60,103 nucleotides of DNA, filler included, from Dugesia japonica (GCA_001938525.1; 5 parts of 5 records of this genome joined end to end with filler, not necessarily neighbours in it), one strand, 5' to 3'; shown: positions 25,201-37,499, counted from the first letter of the whole stretch. The notes: generated from the letters alone by a model not told the origin. Made by a program: numbers and translations.

Positions 25201-27168
25201 TGTTTTATGCATACTTTAATTATAAACATAATTTGGTTTTCTTAAGTATTTTATGTCTAGTTCTCTTTCATCACAGTTTTATAAACAAAGTTACAAAAGT
25301 CGTCTACTTATAATAGAACAAAAATCTTGTGATTTTAGTAAAATTATTTCATTTTGTTTATTATGAAATAATAACAGAAAAGTTTTAAAATTTTATTTTT
25401 AAATTTGTGAAAAATATTATAATTATATATATTATAAACTTTAATTATGAATTACTTTTATTCTCAATTAAAAAAATATATTGAAGCTTTAGAAATTAAT
25501 AGTAATTATTTCAAGAAACCTAACAATATAATTTAGTAGCATGTTATTATAGCTTATTTTTGTTTTTTACTTTAAAAATGGATTAAACATTTTGTTTAAA
25601 CAAATAAATATAACTTTACAAAAATGATTTAAATTTCAAAATAGAATTTTGGTTACATAATTGAAAGAATCATTATCAGATGTATTTTTACTTGATTAAC
25701 TTTTACATATAATAGAAAGTTACATACAATACAATATATTAAAAACTATTTATTCTACCAATGTTATAAATTGCAAACCCTTATAAGTTCACAAAATGAA
25801 ATGAATAATTATCCTCAGGTATTTTATATTGTAGTTTCTTTCGTGATATCAAGAAATTTTTTCATTTTATTATTCTATGCCTTGATTTGAACATAAATAT
25901 GTTTTTAGAAATCAATAAGGCACCCAGCTTTTTATTAAATCACAATGTAGTAAAACAGATGACAAATTTTTAAGGTTATTTTATCATCCAGTAAGGCGAA
26001 AAAACGTTTACAGCTACAAGATTTTGCGTTTGAGTTAAAATTTTATTTAACCCATTAGCGCTCGCTATACACGTTTATGTGCACCTGATTGAAAGTCAAT
26101 CTTGTGTGTCTTATGATTATTATGAAAGTAATTAATTATTTTAACACTAGACTATAATAATGATTTATGAAAAATTTAATTTCCCAGTAGTGCATAAATA
26201 AATATCATTGTTTATGCTTTGTGTTGTGAATAGTGAACAGGGATGTATTTATATACCCCCTGAGAATGGAATAAATCCACACTGCGTGCCATTTACTCCC
26301 ACCCTGAGAGGCCCAACAATTTGATGAGCGCCATGGTTTCTTAACTCCATTTTTTATATATATTACGTGTATTAATATTATTTATATTATTGCCTCGATT
26401 TTATTTTCAAATAATCTATTTGCTAATATACACAAAAGCAAACAATACAGTTATTTAATAATGAATATATATAAATTTCTTAAATTAGAATAGGTCCAAC
26501 ATGTATAAGTGCCATTCTGCGTGCATAGATACCAACTTTGATCCGATAAAAAAAGAATTTTAATAATTTATAGATCCAATTTTAAAAATTTTATAACCAT
26601 TAAAACAAAAGATTATTTTTTATCACGAAAGCATATATAAATTTTTGCAGCAAGTCATCTCTTTCCGCGAGGGAAAGTGGGAAGCGGTATGGCAGTGCGC
26701 CACTATCTATCTACTTTCAACTAAATTAATGATGTTATCATTTTATCGTTAATGCTGCTCATGCTTCATTAAGTGTGAAGTTAATGGCGGCATTTTCCTT
26801 TGTTCTAGTTAGCCAATAATCACTTACTTATAACACATCAAAAAATTATATTTTAACAAGATGTTCTTGTTGCAATGTAGCAGCATAATATAATTCTGCA
26901 TGATTTGCATAAGCAAATATGTGTTAGTGCACATCATTTATGTCATCAATGGCTATGTTCTCCAAAATTATCATCCTGAATTCATAAATTGATGGCGCTT
27001 GGTTGCGAGGATGAGTATAATTAATTACCTCAGATATTCCGTTTGCAATTTTTGCTTCATCACACATTTGAAGTATATATCGAGACACCGTTGTATGGTT
27101 AATACCAAGTATTTCTTCAATCATTTCAGTTGTTTTATGTCAATATTTCGTCTGAAACGCGGTGAACC

Positions 27169-28850
27169 CAACGCCGGCTTAAGAGCAATGCAGACATGGC
27201 ACTTCTATAGGGTGCCACAATCAAGGGGTTGCAAATTGACCGCAATTTATTTTCACGTTTATTTAAATTATATTTAAAATATTTTGTGCTAATTTTTTTT
27301 AGTATTTAACATGAACTTGATTATAAAATGTTATAATTTACATTAAAAATGTGGACTAAATTTAATATGAATTTTTTTGTGATTTTTCGAGCATTTTCAA
27401 TCGGGATAAATTTAATATCTTACTTAATTGGTTTCAAATAGGTATAAATTTCTATTTAATTCAACTATCATTACATTTTCAGTTTCGTAATAAAATTTAA
27501 TGTAGAAAAACTAAAAATAACTTTAATTATAGATGAGAAAAAAAAACTATCTCGTGCTGAATATCGTGAGTAAAAAGTTTAAAAGGAGCAATTAAATGAT
27601 TATACGGATATCGGGAAATGACCAGAAAATACTGCACCAATAACCGATTTATTCGTTGAAAGTGGCCTTGTAAGAATTATAGATTATGATTTTTCTGTAT
27701 CCAGTGATAAAGGTGGAAATAAAAGAGTTTTTCACTGAAAACTATTTTAGAAAACTTCCTAATCAAGATAAATACAATCGCAACTGGTTAGTACAGTCAC
27801 AGACGTTTGTTTCTGTTATAAGTTGTTGTCCAAAAATAACTTTACATTGAATCAGCATGGCTTTAAGGAATGGAAAAACACTATTGGGAGATTGGATATG
27901 CATGAAACGAGTTCAGATAATTTGAATTGCTTCGAAACGTAGAATGATTTGATTAAATGAATTAACCAAGGATCAACAATAAATTCAATGCATCAAAAGC
28001 AAACGAACGAAAAGAAAATACATTGGAAAAGCGTTTTAAAAAAATGCATGTTTTCTTTAATTAAATTACGCGCTTCTCAAAATATTGCACTTTGAGACCA
28101 TTCGGATAAATTATTCAAACACGACAATAGAAAGTTTTTAAAAATCGCTGAGTTCTTGGCAAAGTTTGATCAGTAATGAAAAAACCTTTAAAACGAATAA
28201 AAAAATTAGGAAATATATCAGCACTATTTAGGAAAAATATTCAAAATGAAATTATACAGATTTTGGCCAAATCTTTTAAACAAAAGATAATAACTCTATT
28301 AAAAGCAATAAACATTATTCTCTGATTGTCTATTTTACACCGGATATATCGAACACTGTACAAATAACATTAATTGTACGTTTTATTCATTTTATAGTCT
28401 CCTGATCGAAATGGTAGTTTTGTTAATATCAATGAGCATTATTTGAGATTTGTAGATATTTACAGTAGTGCAGTAGCTGAAATAATTAAGAAAATTCTAG
28501 AAATTTTAAATGAATATGAAATATCTCTGTCTGATTTAAGACGTCAAGGTTACAATAACGGCATTTATTTGCGAGGAAAGCATAGTGGAGTGCAAAGCCG
28601 AATACTAACACTAAAGTTTAAAGCGCTTTTCGTACCTTGCTCCTCACATTCTTTGAATTTAGTTGGCTCTATAGAATCTGTAATTTTCTTCTATATTGTA
28701 CAACATCTGTACGTTTCTTTTCGTCCTCTTCACAAAACTGTAAATGGGCTGTCATTAAAAGGACTTTGTGAAACCAGATGGTCAAGTTTAATTGAAACAC
28801 TAAAACCAATTCGATTTCAATTAAAAGAAATTATAAATTTTTGTATTTTT
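27169..28850 (+). mobile_element. hAT (ZMYM1/Tip100-like, TTF-zinc finger/DUF4371) transposase remnant
   Basis: TIR-like CAACGCCGGCTTAA; RNWLV.S; GFKEWKN; YLGKNIQNEII; TPDIS..QITLIVRF; RQGYNNG..LRGKHSGVQ; FVPCSSHSLNL; LCETRWSS. Confidence 0.85.
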
Positions 28851-29299
28851 TAATCAGCTCTTAGTTTTGTAATATTTTACTCCAAGTAGTACGTATTTTG
28901 TTTTAATTTTTAAACTTATTTAACAGAAATTTGGTTTTTCTCTAGTATTATTTTTGATTATTTTATTATTATTATAGTATTATTTTAAAATTTGAAATCG
29001 TTGAAATGAAAATTTTTAAATGAATTTTGGAATTGTTTTATATCATCATAACAGATTTCTTTGTGAAAAAATTATAAATTTTTTTTTTAAAGTTTATTGT
29101 TTTAATTGTCTTTATTCAGACAAATTATAATGATTTATTCTAAAATTATAACACTCTCTTAGATGTTGTATCCAATTTCATAAGTTATAGAACAAATACG
29201 AAAGGAATTCAGAGAAATTATAACGTTCGTAGTTGTCACTTTCTAGTTGAAATTTCTTGTTTTCCAGTAAATAAAAATTTTAAATTTTATTTTTAAGAT

Positions 29300-30254
29300 T
29301 TTATGAGCTCATTATATAAATATAAATGTTTTTTATTCCTGATACCAAATTTTTATCGATTATGTAATTTTCACCTCATTTCACAACCATTCGTTATCTT
29401 TCCATCAAACTTTGAAGATTTTTCAGCAAGTTCCGATTTCATAGCATCTATGTTCGAGAATGATTTTTCAGGAAAAAAGCGAACAATGATCGAAAGAAAT
29501 AATAGTCAGATGGCGCACAATCAAATGAACATGGAGAATGGGGCATGAACACACATCTCATGTAGTGTAAGTTTCAAAAAGTCTTCTGTACTGCATGTGA
29601 ATTGGCGTTTTCTTGGTAAAATATCATCTTTTCGTTTATGACTAACAGCTACCAAAAGATTTAATTGTCAGCAGTAAAGGTCTCCATTAATGGTCTTACC
29701 CATCTAAATGAATAGTCGCCTTTAGTCTCATCATATCTACACAAAAGTCTTCGTCGGATGCAACCCTGGTTTGAAAGTATGTATTGGTACTTGGCCTGGA
29801 TATAACTATTAAATTTTTCTTTAAGACATTTTATACAACACTCATCCTCAATCACTATGAACTTCAAAAGGCTCAATAACGTGGCAAAGAAGTAAAAAAA
29901 TTGAAAATAGAAATTAGGATTTCTCTCTGAATTGGTGTTAATTCATTTGGCAGCTAAACAATGGTTTTCCAGACTTCACCAATCAGATGGATATGTTTTT
30001 GAACAGATGACTAACTAACTTTAAGAGTGATTTCTATTAATTCAATAATCAACTTCGAATCTTCTTCAACCAACTTTTGTAGACCATCATAGTAGTGGAA
30101 TAGTAGCACATCAAAACAAAGATCCCCGCCAAGGTTAATTGTTCTGAAATTTTAACGTCGAATGTCTAAGGTATGTTTAGGTATCTTCCATGAAAACCAT
30201 TAATTGGTCAATGTAATTTTTTTATTGAGTAACTTTTATTATGCTGTGTAATGT
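29300..30254 (-). mobile_element. mariner (DD34D) transposase remnant
   Basis: MPHSPCSFDCAPSDYYFFRSL (YSPDLAPSDY motif) at about 29490-29546; LLKFIVIEDE (IVTGDE motif). Truncated by a linker. Confidence 0.8.
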
Positions 30255-30354
30255 NNNNNNNNNNNNNNNNNNNNNNNNNNNNNNNNNNNNNNNNNNNNTT
30301 AATTAATTAANNNNNNNNNNNNNNNNNNNNNNNNNNNNNNNNNNNNNNNNNNNN
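30255..30354. other. Artificial contig-joining linker
   Basis: 44 N + TTAATTAATTAA + 44 N. Confidence 0.9.
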
Positions 30355-33300
30355 ACCTGTAGTACTTTCTAACAAATCTTTTAACACTCTTTTTACCTTC
30401 GCTGTAAGGTCTGTTTGATTACAATTCTGTGATGACACTGATTTAATGAATGCTGACTATCCACCTTGTTGATGGATCTATGGTTCAATCGTTCTCTGTA
30501 TAATTCCTGTCATCCGGAGCTGTCCTCCGTCTGGGAATTTTGCTGGTTTGTCCTTTGACAATGTGTATATAGCCTGGTGAAGTAGAAACGCTATGGTTAC
30601 TAGTGCTCTGTCTTTTGTAATTCCATAACGCAATAACTCGCATGCTACGCTTTCATCTTCTACTCTCGGTTTAATAGCACATCTCCATTTTGTCGATGGT
30701 ATTTTTATTAAAATCGGTNNNNNNNNNNNNNNNNNNNNNNNNNNNNNNNNNNNNNNNNNNNNNNNNNNNNNNNNNNNNNNNNNNNNNNNNNNNNNNNNNN
30801 NNNNNNNNNNNNNNNNNNNNNNNNNNNNNNNNNNNNNNNNNNNNNNNNNNNNNNNNNNNNNNNNNNNNNNNNNNNNNNNNNNNNNNNNNNNNNNNNNNNN
30901 NNNNNNNNNNNNNNNNNNNNNNNNNNNTCTGTCGGTTTAATTTGTATTCCGTTTTGATCATAACTGGGTTCGACACGTGGTCTGCCTCGTTTTCTGCGCT
31001 CTATCGATGTTTCTGCATCGCGTAATTCTCTTACTTCAAAATTATTTTCAAATGCTCTGCTGGGATTAATGACGTCTGTTGTATTCATTGGTTCTTGGCG
31101 TAAGAAATCAAACATGGGGTCGTCTTCTGTAATTATCTCGGTCGTTACAATTTCTTCAGCATCTAAATCTACATCATTTATATCTCTGTATGTTGGAGTT
31201 TTTTGTCTGGTTACTTCAGTTCTGCTTACTTTTGATTCTGGTTGCTCTACTTCTATGATTTCGATATCATCGTTTTCACTTGAGAGTCTGGATCTCCATG
31301 CTGTATGATCAAATATAGTTTCCTCTGGTTGGATACTTTCATAATTATCCTCTAAAAGTGCTGAATCTCCTCTACCAGTTGTATGGGTACTTGTTCTTTC
31401 CGGTGGATCAAAATTAGCTAACAATCGTTTAAATGATCGTATGGATTCGCCAGTACTTTGTTTTTCCGTTGACTTGATTTGAGTTTTAATATTTTCTGCT
31501 TCTGGTTTATTTCGTGAAGTGGCATATTTCTCTTTACGCTCGCTGCTCCTGGTTCTTATCGATGATTGAATTGGTTTGTCTTTTGCTCGAGTGCTACCTC
31601 TGCCGGTACTTGGTTGATCCTTTCTTGCGTTCTTACTTGGTTGATCTTTTCTTGTACTTGTACTTGGTTGATCATCTATTTCTATTATTTCCGGATCTTC
31701 ATCTTTTTTCTTTAACCAATGTTTTGGTGGTATAGGACGTACTGTAATTGCGTTTGGTCGTTTTGAGTTGAGTACTTGCATACCGATAATTTCATCATTT
31801 TGTATTGATCTACCTCGTAATTGGAAAAAATATGGTTCAACCCATGGTAATCTCTGCTTTATTTTCCCCATTCCTTTGTATGCCAATACTTCTATCTTTG
31901 AAGTTGCGCCAACAGGATCTGTTATTTTAAGTTCAAACTTTCTTGGAGGATCTTCTTCCATTTCCATTCTACGCCATTTCTTTATTAAATTTTCCAAATT
32001 TTCATGGAACCAATAATTTCCTTCTTTAAATATGTGGTTTCCTGAATCTCTTCACCATATGTTGATACTAAATCGTTGATTGCTTTTCGCAATGTCTCTC
32101 GTTTATGTGCTTTAATTTTATTGAATCGGTCAATGATTTTTCAGATATTTTTATCCTTCAAACTGTTAAAATGGTATAAAAGTGTTAACACGCTTCGAGC
32201 TAGCTTTTGATCCTGTGGCTGGTCCGATTCTGTTGTTTCATCTATTTCCTGTTGTGGGACTAACGTTTTCCCGTTAAGAGCTTCCATTACTCTATCACAA
32301 CTATCCTTTACTGATTTTAAAATGGCTGTTACTGTTCTTGGTGTAAAATATCGATCGGCTGTTTTCCTGCTTTCCATGTCTCCTCTTCTCCATACATAAA
32401 TGATACTAGTGCCTGGCCATATTCCCATATCAACTAAATTTTGATCCTCTACATATAAATCAAGTAAGTTCTCATTACTTACCGCTTCTACATCGTCTAA
32501 AGAGGTTAGTATTCCTTTAATTTCTTCCGAGTCTATATTGTATGTTTCAGCAGATTTTATTTGTAATTTTTGTTTACTAGTTCTTGATTCATCTTCGTCG
32601 CTTGATCCTTCTTCTAGATTATTTCTAATGTCATTCGTTGACTTTGTTGCTTGAGTTGTGCTTTGCAGCATGTTTATTGTTGCCATTGTAGTTGATATTT
32701 TTGGTTTAATTTCTGTTTCGAAGATATTTCATATATCGTCATTTATTTCTGATACGCTACGAATGCAAAATCGTTTCCACACCTCCGCTGGTATGTCGGG
32801 AAATTCATCGAGATGTATTAACCTGAGCCTTGTTTCTCCTCCAGGTCTTATTCCTGCATTACACAAATGTTTATTGCTGCAATCAATGTACACTAGATTC
32901 TAATTATTTCGAATAATGTATTCATCCAGTGGTTTGTTTAATGGTAATTTTCTTAATTCTCGTTTTAGACTACCTACTAAAACGGAGTCAAGCTGGATTC
33001 GTTGGCTTTCTTTTGCATATTTTTCCGTGATTCTGAATCCGCTGGGCCTGGTTATTGTAAATATTTTATGTCTGTAATCTTTTACTGAGGCTGCCCAATT
33101 TGATTTAACTGGTAATGCTAATGCATAGTGTCGGCATAATTACTCAATATTAAATAATAACTTCTTGTAAGTTTCTGTTGTTATCAAATTTCTCCATTGT
33201 TTGGCTTTTTCCTGTGCCAATGTAGCATTCATTATTTCTGGGGAATAATCTACAAATTTTCCTGCTTGTTTTGCGATTAGCATTTCTCTTTTATCCACTA

Positions 33301-33810
33301 CAGCTTCCATTTCTCTAACATCTTTTATCGGAATTTCATCTGGAATTATCACTCCTGGCCTAATATTAGGTTTGGCTACTTCTATAACTCTTTTTAAGAG
33401 TTCTTCCTTTAATTCTTTGCCCAGCTCCTGGGCTTTTTGCGTTTCCTCAATTACTATTTTTTGTATAAACCTCCACTATAAAGAGATCTTCTAAATGTTG
33501 TAGTATTTGCGTAATACTTCTGGATTCGTAGAAAGCCTGTAGTAGATTTCGCGATGAGTGGATTTTATCCCACTGAACCATTTTTATCGTGGTTATCTCC
33601 CCTGGTCTGATACCAAAGGTCGTAATATGAGCATTATCGTCATTCAGATTGATGACCGTTTGCCTTGTAATAGATGCATAATTTTGCAATGGCTTCAAGT
33701 GTTGGATTTTCTCTACCTTATTAGAGCTACCTTTTAAAGCTTGGTTTAATTCTTGATCTTGAAATAATTCGGATTCGGATTTACTTAAAGATCGGATAAT
33801 TCGTTTATTT
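30355..33810 (-). pseudogene. Degenerate, apparently intronless multidomain polyprotein (GIxPG repeats, low-complexity linker, AT-hook, Bcl-2-like domain); probable retroelement ORF
   Basis: ORFs 33447-33698, 33140-33352, 32141-32686 and 30708-31997 join through isolated stops and frameshifts into about 1100 codons. BH1/BH2-like motifs at 30442-30651. Confidence 0.7.
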
Positions 33811-34454
33811 GGTTGAGAATCCAGTGTAAAATCGATTTACAATCTATTAGATTCTGTTGTTGATGAATTTGTTATTTGTCGGTGAATTTGTGTTTTTGTT
33901 GTTTGAAAAATTTATTGATTTTAATGTCTATGAGTATTATTTTAGGGACACTAGCATTTTACCCCATTAAATATATAAATGAATAATCAATTAATACTTG
34001 CTTACCCGCTTCAGCCATTCTAATCGATCTTAATACTTCTTTTCTGTCATCATTTTTCATCAAATATTTTACGAGTTATTCAATTTCAACGGTTAAAATG
34101 ATTATTTTTGCCGTATTTAACTAGTTTTATTTCGATATATAATTAATATGCGTTCTTTTATAAATAATATAAGATACTATACTCGTCNNNNNNNNNNNNN
34201 NNNNNNTCATCCCGATGGATTGGAGAACGACACACTCGAACAAGGTGGAACAAGTCTATACCCGCCAGAAGGTAGTACACCTTGCCAAGCCAGTCGCTCC
34301 CAATCTTCCTTTCGAGACACTGAACCCTTCTGCCGATGATTGGACACTACGAAAGTCTCCAAGACCAGTCCACCAGGAGATCCTGCCCGACCTTGATCGC
34401 AATTTTCCGTGACATAGTCGCTTTCGCAGCTCCGTGAGCTCATAATTACCACAT

Positions 34455-35113
34455 GTGGTTTGCTGACCACACAAAATATAACAGTGGTTTGCTGACCACT
34501 AAAAAGGCCCAAAATGAGGATGGTTTGCTGACTACCTAGAATAATATAATGGGTACAATATCCGAAAAACAGTGATTTGCTGATCACTAATAATAGAATG
34601 GGTGGTTTGCCGACCACTAATAATTGAATTGGTGATTTGTTGATCACCAAGAATAATGGGGCCAAAATAATATAGTTATCATAATCATTTTCATAACTTA
34701 CTTCCTATTTTAACCATATTTTTTGTATTTTTTCTCTTTCTGCGCGCACTTTCATCTTTGCTTTAACACCTACCATCTACCTAATTCTGGTCACAGTTAT
34801 TAATAGCTCTTTCAACTGCTTTGATTGTGAGTTGATCAGACTCATCTCCACAGCCTTCCGAACCAAGGCTTTATTTCCTATGATCAAAACTAATGTGCGT
34901 TAAATGAAAAAGTTACCATTTCTTAAATCCACGCATGGTTTTTAGTCTGGGATCAATGCATCAGTCGGAGCTAACTTTATTTTATCCTAGTCTTATATTT
35001 TATTTTCATTTTTATCATATTTGATTTATCATCATTTTAATATCATGGGTACTATGCCCGAAAAACCGTGATTTACTGATCGCTAATAATAGAATGAGTG
35101 GTTTGCTGACCAC
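34455..35113 (+). repeat. Array of eight 16-bp palindromic units, consensus GTGRTTTGCTGAYCAC, with variable spacers
   Basis: Copies start at 34455, 34484, 34520, 34572, 34602, 34632, 35068 and 35098. Confidence 0.9.
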
Positions 35114-37499
35114 TAGAATAATAACAGTGGTAATCATGGCTCATAAATAACGATATATGTTCATTTCTATTTCTTCATATATTTGGTCGTATTTACTTTA
35201 TTTTCCTAATTACTGCTCCGACTCAACAATTTCATTCTTATTCCTATTTATCATTTATAATTCTTACTATCTATTTCTACATTGATCCCCATAAAGTNAT
35301 TGTAGCATTATTACTATCGTGAGTGAGTTTATTATTCGATTCATTTTTATTCAGAATTGCTATTTTTATTTTGAACATAATTTTACTTTTTTTTCATTTT
35401 ATCATATAATTTATTATTTTATTAATTCATATTTTATTACATACTCAATCAATAATCGTTGGATTGGAATGCTGGAATTTCTATCGTAGAATAAATGTAA
35501 AATTTCCTGAATATCAATTTATCAACATTAATAATTATTAAATTATAAATCCGAATTATCTTTGGTTATATATCTCGTAAATTAGTTTGAACAGTTTCAT
35601 TCAATATATCTTTTAAAACCATTACACCTTATTTATTTATGTTGTTTTAAATTGTACTTCAAAAGAAGCTCAAAAGTTATACATTTCGCACTCTAATTAG
35701 AGCTCTAGTTATTTTTGTACTTCTCAAAAGAAGCTCATTTAGTTAACCCTTAATNNNATCGTTCAGTTCAATTTTCTAGTTTATTTCGTCAATCCTAAAA
35801 TCCAGTTTTGTTAATTGTAAATCGCTTACAATTTTATCGTTTCTTGTAAAGTTTTGTTTAATTTTATTTATTATTCTCCAATTTCTTTTTTGATTATCAC
35901 CATCCAGTTTTCCATTTATTGTTGTTCGTTTTCTTATTTTGTTTCTTAGTTGATCACCAGTNNNNNNNNNNNNNNNNNNNNNNNNNNNNNNNNNNNNNNN
36001 NNNNNNNNNNNNNNNNNNNNNNNNNNNNNNNNNNNNNNNNNNNNNNNNNNNNNNNNNNNNNNNNNNNNNNNNNNNNNNNNNNNNNNNNNNNNNNNNNNNN
36101 NNNNNNNNNNNNNNNNNNNNNNNNNNNNNNNNNNNNNNNNNNNNNNNNNNNNNNNNNNNNNNNNNNNNNNNNNNNNNNNNNNNNNNNNNNNNNNNNNNNN
36201 NNNNNNNNNNNNNNNNTATTAATTCGTTTTAATATTTTAATATTCGTTTTATTTCCTCCGATTTTTTACGATTTAATATTTATTCGTTAATTATTTAAAT
36301 TATTAATTCGATTAATAATTTAATTTATATTTTAATTTTCTTCATTTCACAATCGCAATATTAATTCGTTTAATATCAAATATACCAAATCGTTTAATGT
36401 ATAAATTTATATTAATTCATTTAATATCTGAAATTTTCCTTTTGTTTTAATTTACCCAAATTACATTTTTATTTTTTAATGGTTTTAATATTAATTCGTT
36501 TAATATAATGAGAGTAGGTAAATGTGAGCGGATGACCGCACATCCCCCCACTGATCGATATATTGATTTTCGATATTGATTGATTTTTTTTGTTTTTTTG
36601 TTTAGAGTGCTGGGGAAGTGGAGGGAGGTGTGACATGCGCTCACATCAACCGCTTTTTGTAAATGCTCTTTTACACGGGAATTTCAAATTTTTTTGGTGG
36701 GAAATTTAAATTATTTTTTTCATGTTAGGATTATGGATTTTAATGGGTCTTTGAAAAATAAATATAAATTCATAAGTAAATATAATCTAAAAGGTTTCTA
36801 AGGGTTACAATTACTAGTTATCGCGTTTTTGTTGAAAAGAGTATTGCGAGGTTTTGTGGGATTTGGATGAAAGACGGTTTGAATGAACGAGAGTGAGTAG
36901 GGGTAGGTGATGGTGTCTGGTTTCGTTATTTTTTAGGTGATGATGTGTGTGTAAGTATATATTGAAAAACGATAAAACACATCCTTTAAGATTTTTGGGG
37001 TTCGATGGTAGATTTAATTTGGCCCTCAAAATTGGTCTATAGGTTGCTAAATGTAACTATGGACCAAAACGCACTTGAGGGTTGCAGTTATGGGTTAAAA
37101 TTAACTGTTAGTTACAGTGATAATTTTTCACATTTTTGTTAAAAACAGGGTAGTTATGTGAGTTTTAGTTGGATTTGGATGAATTTTGGTTTGAATGAAA
37201 GAGGGTGAGTTGGAATATGTGATGGTTTTGGTATTTGTTTACGTGATGGTGGTGGTGTGTGTTTAAGTATATATTGAAAAAAATGAAATTCGCAATATGT
37301 AGCTTTTGTTGCAAAAATGAATTTCAAATATATTTTTAGTGGTTTTATGAGATTAAAAATGATTAAACATGTGATTTGGGATTGTTTTGTGTTTCTCATG
37401 TGTTGCATTAATTAATATTTTAAATATTTCTTTATTTACTACTTATAAAATGAAAACTATTACAATACTAAACATTTATTGTTACAACATTTTAATTTT

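Noticed and set aside
30457-30480. Targeted hypermutation (APOBEC/RIP-like) explaining the paired TGG>TAG stops
   Set aside because: Too few events; general GC-to-AT decay of dead elements is sufficient without a consensus alignment.
34455-34647. CRISPR array
   Set aside because: Repeats are only 16 bp, spacers are 13-36 bp and partly similar to each other, there are no cas genes, and the context is eukaryotic. Kept as a hairpin array.
34207-34665. 152-aa minus ORF with repeated VVSK/VISK
   Set aside because: The periodicity derives from the DNA hairpin repeats, and the start is non-ATG.
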